Of a stretch of DNA of 64,000 nt, positions 34,325 through 48,026 are shown piece after piece (the first letter of the stretch is position 1; each line of letters begins with the position of its first letter). Origin of the DNA: an uncultured Chloroflexia bacterium (lineage in GTDB: Bacteria; Chloroflexota; Limnocylindria; Limnocylindrales; CSP1-4). The position numbers were made by a program, and so were the translations under genes. Under the pieces are notes generated by a model, which did no database searches, was not told the DNA's origin, and worked only from the letters and a program-made list of their open reading frames with translations. The stretch lies in the NCBI GenBank assembly GCA_963718285.1, contig CAVQYU010000001.1:75799-139798 (forward strand). The letters run 5' to 3'.

Positions 34325-35170
34325 CTACTCGTCGTCGTTGACGGCCGGGTCGATGCCCTCGGCGGCGGCCAGTTTGGGCTCCTTGCCCTTGGGCCAGTAC
34401 AGCTCCTTGTGGACCGAGGCGTCGTCAAAGCCGAGCGACTGGAGGGTGGCGTCGGCGTTGAGGATCATGTCGGGATTGCCGCAGATGTAGGCCACCGCGT
34501 TGTCCGGCGTGAGCCCGTGCTCGGCGCAGATCGCCTCGACGATCGCCTCGACGCGGCCGGTTCGGCCGGTCCAGCTGGCGTTGCGCGGATCGCTCGTGCG
34601 CGACACGGTCGGGATGTAGGTCACCGGGAACTGGCCGGCGCCCTGCCAGCCCTCCACGAGCGCCCGGTAGCCCAGCTCGTCCTGGTACGAGACGCCGTTC
34701 AGGAACAGGGCCCGGCGGGTCGCGCCGTCGACGAGCAGTGTCCGGATCATCGACACGAACGGGGCGTTGCCCGTGCCCGACGAGATGAACAGGTGGGTCC
34801 GGTCGTCGTCCGGCTCGAGGGTGAACTTGCCCTTGGGCCCGATCAGGCGCATCCGGTGCCCGATCGGCAGGCGCCACAGCAGGGGCGTGAACTGGCCGCC
34901 CTCGACCAGGCGCACGTACAGCTCGTAGCCGTCGGCCGCGGTGCGCGGCGAGGAGGCCACCGAGTAGGGCCGCTGGACCATCCGGCCGTCGGCGATCACC
35001 CCGATCGTCATGTACTGGCCGGGCTCGAAGGGCAGCGGTTCGGCGTCCATCCGGATCGTGAAGTAGCCCAGGCTCGACGTCTCGTCCGAGCGGGCCACCA
35101 GGCTCGCGTTGTACTGGGGGGCGTCGGGCTCGACCTGTCGGGCGTCGACCGCGGTGATCAGGTCAGCCAC
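34325..35170 (-). CDS. ferredoxin-NADP+ reductase family oxidoreductase
   Basis: FAD-binding RPYSVAS, NAD(P)-binding LFISSGTGNAPF and YICGNPDM. GTG start. Confidence 0.85.
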   Translation of the reverse strand: MADLITAVDARQVEPDAPQYNASLVARSDETSSLGYFTIRMDAEPLPFEPGQYMTIGVIADGRMVQRPYSVASSPRTAADGYELYVRLVEGGQFTPLLWRLPIGHRMRLIGPKGKFTLEPDDDRTHLFISSGTGNAPFVSMIRTLLVDGATRRALFLNGVSYQDELGYRALVEGWQGAGQFPVTYIPTVSRTSDPRNASWTGRTGRVEAIVEAICAEHGLTPDNAVAYICGNPDMILNADATLQSLGFDDASVHKELYWPKGKEPKLAAAEGIDPAVNDDE

Positions 35171-35264
35171 CGGCCGCGCCCGTGTACAGCCACACGCCCA
35201 GGGCGATCCCGGCCAGCACCGCGATCAGGGTGGCACCCATCAACCAGGCCGGCCGGATGCTCAT
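35163..35264 (-). CDS. possible 33-aa single-TM peptide translationally coupled to the FNR-like gene
   Basis: MSIRPAWLMGATLIAVLAGIALGVWLYTGAAGG. Its ATG sits in the last copy of the 17-bp repeat, and its stop lies 8 nt inside the FNR-like gene. No homology is recognisable. Confidence 0.3.
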   Translation of the reverse strand: MSIRPAWLMGATLIAVLAGIALGVWLYTGAAGG

Positions 35265-35311
35265 CCCTTGCCCTCGATCATCCCTGGCCCTCGATCATCC
35301 CTGGCCCTCGA
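35261..35311. repeat. 17-bp tandem repeat, three copies
   Basis: TCATCCCTTGCCCTCGA / TCATCCCTGGCCCTCGA / TCATCCCTGGCCCTCGA, followed by a partial TCA. Confidence 0.9.
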
Positions 35312-36014
35312 TCAGGGCGTGCTTGGCGGCCGCGAACTCCTCGTCGGACAGGTTGCCCTGCTGATGGAGCGTGCTCAGGCGCTCGATCGCGTCGACCAGC
35401 GCCGTCCCGCCCGGGGCGGTCATCGGCCGCCCCCGCCCCGCCCCTGGCGTCCGCCGGCCGATCGAGCCGAACAGGCCGGATGCCGAGAATGGGTCCTCCG
35501 AGATCCGACCCGGGCGCGTCGGCCGGAGCTCGAGCCGGCGGCCATGGGCAGGCCCCGTCCGGCCCGCAGCGCGATCAGGGTCATGACCAAGGGGGCGAGG
35601 CCCATGACCTCGAACATGACGCCCGAGCAGGACGAAGATGATCCCGGCGCCATCGGCTTCGGGGTCGCCGAACGCGGCGAGGCCGTACTGCAGGAAGTTG
35701 AAGCCCAGGCTGCAGAACAGGCCGACCCAGGCCAGGCCCGGCAGCGAGCCATAGATCCCGCCGATCCTGGTGCCCGCGGCGAATGCCAGGAAGACGAACA
35801 GGAGGCCGATCGGGATGGCCAGCGGCAGCAGCCAGGTGCCGTCCGGGACAGGGCGTGGCGATCACGTAGGGCCGCCGCTGGCGCATTGCCCGCCGACGTC
35901 GAGGACGGCCCGCATGGCCAGGAAGGTCACCGTCAGGGCCAGCGGCGATGCCGGCCATGGCCAGCAGGTACCCGACAACGCCAGCCAGGGCGGTCGCCGG
36001 GCGGACGCGGTCAT
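35295..36014 (-). pseudogene. multi-TM protein with C-terminal SHOCT domain, disrupted (in-frame TGA at 35862-35864 and several apparent frame changes)
   Basis: C-terminal TALVDAIERLSTLHQQGNLSDEEFAAAKHALIEG is SHOCT-like. Upstream TM-like stretches (WLLPLAIPIGLLFVFLAFAAG, LAWVGLFCSLGFNFLQYGL, VMFEVMGLAPLVMTLIAL) are spread over different frames. Confidence 0.4.
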
Positions 36015-36031
36015 CGGGCCGGGATCGCGGG

Positions 36032-37468
36032 TCACGGCCGAAGCGCCGCGAGGCGGTCGAGGATCACCCGCCGGACGTGGCCGACGCCGACCCGTTCCTG
36101 GGTCATCGAGTCGCGATCCCGGATCGTGACCGCCCCGTCCTCGAGCGAGTCGACGTCGACGGTCACGCACCACGGCGTGCCGATCTCGTCCTGGCGCCGG
36201 TAGAGCTTGCCGATCGCCGCCGTGTCGTCGTACACGGCCATCACGTCGCGCTTGAGGTCGTCCTTGATCTGGTGGCATAGGGCCGACGATCTCGGGGCGC
36301 TTCTTGAGGAGCGGCAGGACCGCAACCTTGTACGGCGCGAGATCGGGGTGGAGGGCCAGCGAGACGCGCGTCTCGCCCTTGACCTCCTCCTCGCGATAGG
36401 CGTCGATCAGGAAGGTGAAGGCCGCCCGATCCGCGCCGGCCGCGGTCTCGACGATCCAGGGGATGAAGTGCTCCTCGGTCGCCGGATCGAAGTACTCGAG
36501 GTTCTGGCCCGACGCCGCGGCATGGCGGGACAGGTCGAAGTCGCCCCGGTTGTGGATGCCCTCGAGCTCCTTCCAGCCGAACGGGAAGCGATACTCGATG
36601 TCGACCGCCTTCTTGGCGTAATGGGCCAGCTCGTCCGGGAGCATGCTCGCGCAGACGGAGCCGGGCCGGGTCCACGCCGTAGGCCTCGTACCAGGCCCGC
36701 CGGCGAGGCAGCCACTCGTCGAAGGCCCTGTCCGAGGCCGGTCCGCCGGGCTGGACGAAGTACTGCATCTCCATCTGCTCGAACTCGCGCATCCGGAAGA
36801 CGAAGTTGCCCGGGCTGATCTCGTTGCGGAAGCTCTTGCCAATCTGGGCGATCCCGAACGGGATCTTCTTGCGGCTCGATTCCCGGACGTTCTTGAAGTT
36901 CACGTACGAGCCCTGGGCGGTCTCGGGCCGGAAGTAGATCACCGACGACTCGTCCTGGACCGGGCCCATGTTGGTCTGGAACATCAGGTTGAACTGGCGC
37001 GGCGCCGACAGCGGCCCGGCGTCATTGGGGCAGACCAGGTGGTGGCTCTCGATCACGGCCGGGTCGGCCAGCTCGGCGACCGTGAGGCCTTCGGCTCCGG
37101 GAAGCTCGTCGAGGCGGTAGCGCCGATGGCAGGTGGCGCATTCGACCAGCGGGTCCGAGAACGAGCCGACATGGCCCGAGGTCACCCAGACCTGGGGATG
37201 CATCAGGATCCCGGCGTCGAGCCCGACGATGTCGTCGCGATCCTGGACCATCGCCCGCCACCAGGCCCGTTTGACGTTGTTCTTCAGCTCGACGCCGAGC
37301 GGCCCGTAGTCCCACACGGCGTTGATCCCGCCGTAGATCTCCGAGCTGGGAAAGACGAATCCGCGCCGCTTGCTGAGCGAGACGATCGTGTCGAGGCTGG
37401 CGACAGCCGGCGCGACGGCGTTCGGATCCGGCGCCGAGACGCTCCGGGGTTGGTCACCCGGCGGTCAC
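36032..37468 (-). pseudogene. glyQS: glycine--tRNA ligase (class II, GlyQS type), broken by at least three 1-nt frame changes (~37457-37459, ~36637-36639, ~36279-36283)
   Basis: [107 protein letters not shown] and [25 protein letters not shown] lie in successive frames. Confidence 0.85.
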
Positions 37469-37476
37469 GTCTCAGT

Positions 37477-37912
37477 CTAGCCGAGCCGCAGGCGGGTCGG
37501 CCGGATGCGGATCGGGTCGGGATAGTCGCGCGAGAACGATTTGGGCGTCCAGCCGTAGGCCTTGATCTTGCCGCCGTACTTGGCGACGTACGCCGGATTG
37601 CGCCGATGCGGGCGGCGCGCCGGGCTCGAGCCTGGCCTCGCCCTCGAAGGTGACGATGCCGTCGCCCTGGTCGTCGCTGTTGAGGTGGATCGAGACGTGC
37701 CCGTTCGCGGCCACGTTGCGGGCTCGCGGTGCGCCGGCCCGGCTGAAGACGAGGAACTCGCCAGCCGCCCACAGGAACCAGACCGCCGAGCTCTGGAGCC
37801 GGCCGTCGGCGGTGATCGTGGTCAGCCATGCCACGACCTCGCTGTCGAGCCGGGCCAGGACGGCCCGGCCGGTCTCGGTGGCGGAATCGGGCATGACGCT
37901 GGGCGTCGTCAT
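37477..37912 (-). pseudogene. PPOX-class (probably F420-dependent) oxidoreductase, one frame change near 37605-37615
   Basis: VVAWLTTITADGRLQSSAVWFLWAAGEFLVFS...HVSIHLNSD, then in another frame HRRNPAYVAKYGGKIKAYGWTPKSFSRDYPDPIRIRPTRLRLG ending at a stop. Confidence 0.65.
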
Positions 37913-37929
37913 CGGCGGGCTCTCCACGG

Positions 37930-38734
37930 CTAGTGCTGGATCAGGCGTCGAGCCGGCCGGCGGACGGCCGGGTCCGGCCCGGACCATGTCCAGGAAGGGC
38001 AGCGAGCGCGCGTCGCGCTCGAGGCTGAACCGGACGAAGTCGCGCATCGCGGCCTCGACCTCACGCTCGGCCGGGGACCGGGACCCGGAGGGCCGCGATC
38101 GCTGCGATGTCGAGGCGCTGGTAGGCCTTGAGCAGCTTGAGGCCGTCGAGGCTGAGGCCGGTCCGCTCGGCCGGCGGTCCCGGGTCCCGCCCGCACAGCA
38201 CGCCGCCGAGCGGCGGGACCCAGCGGAAGGTGTCGCTCCGGCTCGAGCATCCGGTCGCACTCGACGCAGCGGTCGACCTCGGGCCGCATGCCCAGCTCAT
38301 CGGTCAGGTGCATCTCGTACCAGCGCGCGACCCGGCCGGGCTGCATCCCCGCGTCGAGCAGCTCGTAGGCCCGCTTGAGGAGCGTGTAGAGCGGCTCGGC
38401 CGGGTGGCGCTCCTCGAGCGAGCGGTCGGCCAGCTCCGCCAGGTACCAGGCGGTGGCCGTCGACTCGAGCGAGTCGCGCAGGGCCAGCCAGGCATGTCCG
38501 ACGCTGACCTGGGTGACCACGTCGAAGGTCCGGCCGTGGGCCAGCTGGAGGCGCAGCTCGGCGAACGGCTCGACGCTGCCGCCCAGCCGGCTGGTCGGCC
38601 GCCGGACGCCCTTGGCGATCGCCTTGAGCTTGCCGTCGTGCGGGCGTGATCAGGGTCAGCACCCGGTCGGCCTCGCCCAGGTCGAAGCGGGACAGGACGA
38701 TCGCGTCGGTCGACCACAGGCGCTTCACGGGCAT
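37930..38734 (-). pseudogene. recO: DNA repair protein RecO, broken by about four frame changes (~38640, ~38232, ~38075, ~37980)
   Basis: MPVKRLWSTDAIVLSRFDLGEADRVLTLITP, DGKLKAIAKGVRRPTSRLGGSVEPFAELRLQL, WYLAELADRSLEERHPAEPLYTLL and zinc-finger CVECDR...GGVLCG lie in successive frames. Confidence 0.8.
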
Positions 38735-38859
38735 GCCCTCACGGTAGCATCGGAGGCGACCGGATGACGGTCGGTGGCCGGGCCGGGTGGCGCGGACCGG
38801 CTCCGCTGGCTCAACCCGCTACCGGGAGCGTGCAGGTTTGCGTGTACACTCAGGCGGCG

Positions 38860-39885
38860 ATGACCGTGACCCGCCCAGAGCTCGATCTGCCCACCCTGAT
38901 CGCCGCGACCGAGGACGAGATCCTGGGCCTGGTCGGCGACCGCGACCCGTCGACCCGGGGCATGTACGAGATGGTCCGCTACCACCTCGGCCTCGACGGC
39001 AGCGGCTCGGCCGGCAAGCGGATGCGGCCGCTCCTCGGGCTGCTGGCCTACGCCTCGATCACCGGCACGCTATGAGCCGGCCCTGCCCGGCGCGGCGGCG
39101 GTCGAGCTGGGCCACAACTTCAGCCTGATCCACGACGACATCGAGGATGCCGACCTGGAGCGCCGCCATCGCCCGACGCTGTGGTCGCTCCACGGCATTC
39201 CCCAGGCGATCAACACCGGCGATGCGGTCTTCGTCCTCAGCCGGATCGCCCTCCACCGCCTGACCGAGCTCGGCTTCAGCGACCACAAGGTCCTCCGGCT
39301 GATGCGCCTGTACGACGAGACCTGCCTGGCCCTGTGCGAAGGCCAGTACATCGACATCTGGACCTCGGGCCACGACGACCCGATGACGGTCGAGCTGTAC
39401 TTCGACATGATCGGGCGCAAGACGGCCGCCCTGATCTCGGCGGCGATCGAGGCGGGGGCGCTGCTGGCCACCGACGACGAGGCCGTGATCAGCCGCTATC
39501 GGGCCTTCGGCTGGGCCCTCGGCCTGGCCTTCCAGCTCAACGACGACCTGCTCGGCATCTGGGGTGAGGAGTCGGCCACGGGCAAGGCCCCCTCGGACAT
39601 CGCCAAGCACAAGAAGACGCTCCCGATCGTGTATGCCTTCGAGCAGGCCGGAGCCACCGACCGGCTGCGCCTTGGGCCAGGTCTATCGCGACCCGGAACC
39701 ATCGGCCGAAGCGGTGTGCCGACGTCGTGGCCATCCTCGAGCGGACGGGCGCCCGGGCCTATACCCGCGACCAGGCCCGGCGCTACCGGGACGAGGCGCT
39801 GGCCGAGCTCGACGCCGCCGGGGTCGTCCTGCCCGAGGCCCGGGCCGCCCTCGAGGCGATCATGCTCCGGGTCATCAGCGCCTGA
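38860..39885 (+). pseudogene. polyprenyl diphosphate synthase (GGPP/long-chain type), three frame changes (~39065, ~39677, ~39718)
   Basis: GKRMRPLLGLLAY, first DDxxD LIHDDIEDAD, second FQLNDDLLGIW, and KAPSDIAKHKKTLPIV. The C-terminal helix block lies in a third frame. Confidence 0.8.
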
Positions 39886-41159
39886 GTAGCGATCGTCGTC
39901 GGACTGGTCGTCGTCGGGGTCCCGCTGGCGGACGGCCAGGACCTTGCCCACCCGCCGTCCGTCGGTCGTCTCGACGGTCAGCTTGAGCCCGTCGAGGCGG
40001 ACCTCATCGCCCGGCCGCGGGACGTGGCCGAGGCGATGGAAGATCAGCCCGCCGACGGTGTCGTACTCGTCGGCATCCTCCAGGCAGAGCGGGATCTCGA
40101 AGGTCTCGGACAGCTCGTCGACATCGACCCGGCCGTCGATCCGGGCCTCGTCCGGTGACAGGCGCACGATGAGCGGCTCCTCGACGTCGTACTCGTCCTG
40201 GATCTCGCCCACGATCTCCTCGAGCAGGTCCTCGATGGTGAGCAGCCCGGCGGTGCCGCCGTATTCGTCGAGGACGATGGCGATGTGGACCTTGCGCCGC
40301 TGGAACTCGTGGAGGAGGTCGTCGATTGACATCGACTCGGGCACGAACAACGGCGCCCGCAAGCAGCGAGCGGACGGTCGGCCGGGCTGTCGGCCCCGAT
40401 CTTGAGCACTGGCAGGAGGTCCTTGGCGTAGAGGATGCCGAGGACCTCGTCGATCAATTCGTCGTAGACCGGGACGCGGCTGTGGCCCTCCTCGACGATC
40501 AGGTCGATCGCCTCGTCCAGGGTGGCCGACACGGGCATGGCCACGATCGCGATCCGGGGGACCATGACCTCGTGCAGGCGGCGGTCGCCGAGCTCGATCA
40601 CCGCGTTGATCATCTGTTCCTCTTCGGCCTCGAGGATGCCCTGCTCGCCGCCGCGCTCGACGATCAGCTTGAGCTCCTCGGCCGTCATCTGGGCCTCGCT
40701 CGACATGCTCACCCCGAGCAGCCGGGTGATGCCGCTGGTGACCCGGGTCAGGAACCACACGATCGGGCCGAGCACCCGGGCGATCCACTCGACCGGCCCG
40801 GCCACGAGCATGGCCAGGCGCTCGGCATAGGCCAGTCCGATCGACTTGGGCACGAGCTCGCCGAAGACGATCGTGAACAAGGCCAGCAGGACGGTCACGA
40901 TCAGGAGGGCCAGCCCGTCGGCCCCACCGCCCACGGCCGGGATCGTCCGGAGGGCATCGGCCAGCTTGTTGCTCAGGTTGACCGCCGCATAGGCCGAGGC
41001 GAAGAAGCCGAGGACGGTCAGCCCGAGCTGGACCACGGCCAGGAAGCGACCCGGATCGTCCTTCAGCCGGCGGACCCGGCGGGCCCGGTGATTGCCTTCC
41101 TCGGCGAGCTGGTCGAGGCGGCTCCGGCGGATCGAGATGATCGCGATCTCGGCCGACAC
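39875..41159 (-). pseudogene. CNNM/CorC-type hemolysin-family membrane protein (DUF21-CBS-CorC_HlyC), frame change near 40360; both ends uncertain
   Basis: SAEIAIISIRRSRL, FGELVPKSIG, CBS pair (VMVPRIAIVAM..., SRVPVYDELIDEVLGILYAKDLL) and [33 protein letters not shown]. No in-frame stop until 39496, so the 3' end is inferred. Confidence 0.75.
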
Positions 41160-41214
41160 GAAGAAGCCCTCGAAGAGGGTCAGGACGACGATGACCAGCA
41201 GCTGGGTAGTTCGG

Positions 41215-42717
<1,503 letters not shown>

Positions 42718-43104
42718 TCAGGCAGGCCGGCGGGCAACCAGCTCGATCTCGACCCGGGCGCCCTTGGGCAGGGCGGCCACCCCGATCGTCGAGCGGGCCG
42801 GCGGCGGATCCGGCATGTACCGGCCGTAGACCGCGTTCATCTCCGCGAAGTCATTGATGTCGACCAGGAAGACGGTCGTCTTGAGGACGTCGTCCAGCGA
42901 CGCCCCGGCCGCCGCCAGGACGGCCACCAGGTTGTCCAGGACGCGGGCGGTCTGGGTCGCGATGTCGCCTTCGACCAGGTTGCCGCTGGCTGGCTCGAGG
43001 TGGATCTGGCCCGAACAGAACAGGAGCTCGCCGGCCGCGATTGCCTGGCTGTAGGGCCCGACCGCCGCCGGGGCATTGGTGGTTGCGATGGCCTGTCGAT
43101 CCAT
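42718..43104 (-). CDS. ridA: RidA/YjgF family reactive intermediate deaminase
   Basis: APAAVGPYSQAI...LFCSGQI...TTVFLVDINDFAEMNAVY...ARSTIGVAALPKGARVEIE. AGGAGA RBS. Confidence 0.85.
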   Translation of the reverse strand: MDRQAIATTNAPAAVGPYSQAIAAGELLFCSGQIHLEPASGNLVEGDIATQTARVLDNLVAVLAAAGASLDDVLKTTVFLVDINDFAEMNAVYGRYMPDPPPARSTIGVAALPKGARVEIELVARRPA

Positions 43105-43139
43105 GGCTGTCTCCTGCTGGGCGAGCGGGGAACGCCCGC

Positions 43140-44174
43140 CTATCTTGGCACCCCGGGCGAGGCCCCGGACGAGGCCGCGATCGCCGTGGCGGCGACGAAT
43201 GGCGGCCCTCGCCGGGCGCCACGAGGACGCCGTCATCGAGCGCCGAGCGCACGACGAGGGCGGCCGCCTGCGCCTCGGCCAGGCCGGGATACAGGATCCA
43301 GAGCGTCGGTCCCGAGCCCGACAGGCCGACCGGCCGACCCGTCAGCCGGGTCAGCGCCCGGCGGAGCGGAACCAGCCCGGGCACGACCACGGCGCTGGCC
43401 GGCAGGAGGTCGTTGGCCGCGGCCAGGACTCCCGCCCGATCGTGCAGCGCCTGGCTGGTCAAGCCCCGCTGGAGCTCGCCGGCGAGGTGCTCCGACGAGA
43501 TCCGGCTGGGTCCGCCGGGACCGCCCGGGCCACCCGGCGGCCCGGAATAGGCCGACGCCAGGGCCGCAAAGACGTCGCCGCTGGACACCGCCACGGCGGG
43601 CGTCACGAGCAGGATCCCGGGCGGCTCACCCCGGATCGCTCCGCCCAGCGGGTTGACCTGCTCGCCCGCGGCCCTCGACCAGGGCCAACCCCCCGGCCTG
43701 GAAGAACGGCACGTCCGAGCCCAGCCGGGCGGCGATCCGGCGACGCTCCTCGGACGACAGGACAGTGTCGCCCGGCGCGCCCCACAGCTCGAGCACGCCG
43801 TCGAGGGCGGCCGCCGCGTCGCTGCTGCCGCCGCCCAGGCCGGCCGCCACCGGGATCCGCTTGTCGAGGCGGGCCGCCACGGCCGGCGCGGGCAGCGCCC
43901 CGCCGAGGGCCGAGCGGGCTGCCCCGATCGCTCGCAGGACCAGGTTGTCGGTGGCCGGCCCGAGGCTCGCGAGGTCCTGGTCCGAGACGACGTTGAGGGT
44001 GTCGAGCGGGCCGGCCGCCAGGGCGAGCGACAGGCGGTCGACCAGCGCGAGGGGTGCCATGACCGAGTGGAGCGCGTGGTAGCCGTCGGGCCTCCGGCCG
44101 ATGATCGCCAGGGTCAGGTTGAGCTTGGCCGGGGCAAGCCGGACGGTCGGGCCGAGCCGGCTCGGGTCGCTCAT
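43140..44174 (-). pseudogene. ispE: 4-diphosphocytidyl-2-C-methyl-D-erythritol kinase, two frame changes (~43664, ~43205)
   Basis: APAKLNLTLAIIGRRPDGYHALHSVM, KRIPVAAGLGGGSSDAAAAL and GLSGSGPTLW lie in successive frames. The 3' end is inferred. Confidence 0.8.
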
Positions 44175-45120
44175 TCGGTCCCGTCGGGCCGGGTCGGCGG
44201 GCTCGCCTGACCAGAATGGCCGGCGTGGCGAAGCCGACCGCGCTCGTCCGGTCCGATCGGCCCAAGCGCCTCGAGCAGGCGGATCCACTCCCCCACGGCC
44301 ACGGTCTGGGGCCGCCGGTCGGGATCGATGCCGGCGCTCGCCAGGGCGGCCAGGACCTGCTCGGCGGGCAGCGGCAGCTGCCTGACCAGGACGTTGTGGA
44401 GCATCTTGCGGCGTTCCCGGAAGGCTGCCTGGACCAACCGCCAGAGCGAATCCTCGGTGGCCGGGTCGAGTCGGTCGTCCTCGGCAAATGGCTCGACCAC
44501 GATGACCGCCGAGTCGACGGCCGGGGCCGGCTCGAAGGCCGTCGGAGGGACCCGCAGCGCGATCCGGACCGTCGCGTGGTACTGGACGAAGACGGATAGG
44601 TAGGACAGGCCGCCCGGCCGGGCCGCGATCCGCTCGGCCACCTCACGCTGGACCATGAGCACCAGCCGGCGTGGCCTCGGGGGCTCGCCCAGCAATCGAT
44701 GCAGGATCGGGCTGGTGATGTGGTAGGGCAGGTTGGCCACGACGTCGTACGGCTCGGGCAACAGCCGGCCGAGGGGCTGGTCGAGGGCGTCGCCTTCGAT
44801 CAGATTGAGTGTCCCTGACGCACCCGACGAAGCCAGGGCCTCGGCAAACTCGGTCCGCAGGAAGCTGGCCAGGCCACGGTCGAGCTCGACCGCGGTGACG
44901 GCGGCCCCGGCCGCCAGGAGGCCGCCTGTCAGAAGCCCGAGGCCCGGCCCGATCTCGAGCACGTTCGTGCCCGGCCGCGGGTCGGCCTCGGCCAGGATGG
45001 CCTCCAGGACGTCGATGTCGGCCAGGAAGTTCTGGCTCATCGAATGGCGCGCGTGGAGGCCGGCCCGCTGGAGCGTCCTTCGAATCGTGGCCGGATCGAG
45101 CCGGGCCGGGGCGGCCGGGC

Positions 45121-45124
<4 letters not shown>
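44171..45124 (-). CDS. rsmA: 16S rRNA (adenine1518/1519-N6)-dimethyltransferase
   Basis: SQNFLAD, VLEIGPGLGLLT and NLPYHITSPIL. Confidence 0.9.
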
Positions 45125-46208
<1,084 letters not shown>

Positions 46209-46212
<4 letters not shown>

Positions 46213-46784
46213 GGCCGACCGTCCAGGCCCGCCGGCGGGATTCCCTGGACCTTGACCGGCTCGGCCCACGACTCGAGTTCGGCGCGCCGCTGGGCCAGGC
46301 GGGCGACCATGTCCGGCGAGCGGAGGGGCTCGGTCGTCATGATCAGGGCGTCCTCGTTGGTGTCGCTGTAGTAGCCCGGCCGGATGCCCACCGGTCGGAA
46401 GCCGAACTTCTCGTAGAGGCGCCGGGCCGGCAGGTTCGACAGGCGGACTTCGAGCGTGGCCTCGGCCGCCCGGCGCTCGATCGCGGCGTCCATGACCGCG
46501 ACCAGGAGGCGCTCGCCGAGGTGGTTGCGGCGCCAGGCCGGGGCGATCGCGAAGGTCGTGACGTGGGCCTCGTCGACCATCAGCCACAGGCCGGCGAAGC
46601 CGGCAATCTCGGCGCCCACCCGGACGACCAGGTAGTGGGCCAGCTTGTTCGTCTCGAGCTCGGTCCGGTAGGCGTTGGCCGGCCAGGGCGCCGAGAACGA
46701 CGCCCGCTCGATGACCTGCACGGCCGGGATGTCGTCGAGGTCCATCGACTCGACGACAACCCTTACCGGGGGTCGCGCGACCAT
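46209..46784 (-). CDS. rimI: ribosomal-protein-alanine N-acetyltransferase
   Basis: GNAT fold (VTTFAIAPAWRRNHLGERLL, LEVRLSNLPARRLYEKFGF) in the conserved tsaB-rimI-tsaD context. Confidence 0.85.
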
Positions 46785-47501
46785 TCGATCGTTCCTCCGC
46801 TGGCGGTGACGCCCCGGGGCAGGCTGACGTACTCCGGCACGAGGCGGGCCAGGTCATCGACCTCGCCCCTGGCCAGGCGGGCCCGGCCCAGGCGGAGCAG
46901 GCTCGGCCCGAGCCCGGCCAGGGCAGCGATCCCTCGCTCGACGGCTTCGGAGGAGGCCCGGCCCTCGAGGTCGACCGCCACGACCCAGACCGCTGGGGCC
47001 AGCTCTGGTTCGGTTCCGGCGGGCAGCAGGCGCGGCCCGGCCTGATCGACCAGCACCCGGTCGCGCGGCCCGGCGGGCAGGAGCAAGGCCGACAAGGGCA
47101 CGGCCGAGCCACCCAGGCTCAAATCGCCGGCCGCCTGGCTTGCCGCCTGCCTTGCCGCCTTGCTTGCCGCATCGGCCGCGGCCAGCAGGGCCGTCGAGGT
47201 CGGAATCGCCGACGATCGGAATGGCCAGAGCGTGGGCCAGGCCCTTGGCCGTGGCCAGGCCCACCCGCAACCCGGTGAAACCGCCGGGACCGGTACCGAC
47301 CACGATGGCCTGGATCGAGGCCAGCCCGATGGCCTCGGCCGCGAGCAGGCGGTCCAGCCCGGCCAGGAGCTCCTCGCCATGGCGCTGGCCGCTTGGCCAG
47401 CTCGCCTCCGCCTGGCTGCCGTCCGCGCGTTCGATGGCCACGACCGTCTGGCTCGTGGCCGTATCGATGGCCAGCAGCGGTCCGATCGCGGCGCCGCTCA
47501 T
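46763..47501 (-). pseudogene. tsaB: tRNA threonylcarbamoyladenosine biosynthesis protein TsaB, one frame change near 47205-47212
   Basis: LLAIDTATSQTVVAI, IVVGTGPGGFTGLRVGLATAKGLAHAL, then in a second frame IPTSTALLAAA...VPEYVSLP. Confidence 0.8.
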
Positions 47502-47977
47502 CCGATGGCCTCCAGGTAGCGGACCAGGTCGTCGCTCGTGGCGCTCAGCTCGATCGTGCGGGGCTCATCAGCGCTGCCACTGATCACGATGTCCAGCCGC
47601 TCTGCCGGCAGGTCCGGTCCCAGCCGCTCGGCCCACTCGATGAGGCTGACGCCGGCGGCCTGGCGCTCGTCGAGAAGGCCTGCCGCCCGGGCGTCGACGC
47701 CCGTCTCGAGCCGATAGAGGTCGATATGGAACAGGGGCAGGCGGCCCTCGTACTCGGCCATCAGGACATAGCTCGGCGAGTTGATCGTGGCGCTCACACC
47801 CAGGCCTGCCCCGAAGCCCTTGGCCAGCTGGGTCTTGCCGGCGCCGAGCTCACCGTGGAGCGCGATCAGGTCACCGGGCCGGGCGGCCGAAGCCAGGGCC
47901 CGGGCGAGGTCCTGAGTGGCCTGGGGCGAGCGCGATTCGATCTGACGCCGGGTGCTGCCCGCCTGCGTTGTCGGCAT
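47498..47977 (-). CDS. tsaE: tRNA threonylcarbamoyladenosine biosynthesis ATPase TsaE
   Basis: LHGELGAGKTQLAKG, SPSYVLMAEY and HIDLYRL. Confidence 0.85.
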   Translation of the reverse strand: MPTTQAGSTRRQIESRSPQATQDLARALASAARPGDLIALHGELGAGKTQLAKGFGAGLGVSATINSPSYVLMAEYEGRLPLFHIDLYRLETGVDARAAGLLDERQAAGVSLIEWAERLGPDLPAERLDIVISGSADEPRTIELSATSDDLVRYLEAIG

Positions 47978-48026
47978 GGGCGGAGGGTACCCGAAGCGGG
48001 TCGGGCCAGCCGGTCAGGCCAGACGC

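Noticed and set aside
27120-35311. The short tandem repeats (24 nt x2 at 27120-27167; 17 nt x3 at 35261-35311) could be CRISPR-like arrays.
   Set aside because: The copies are directly adjacent with no spacers. One repeat is inside a coding region, and no cas genes are present.
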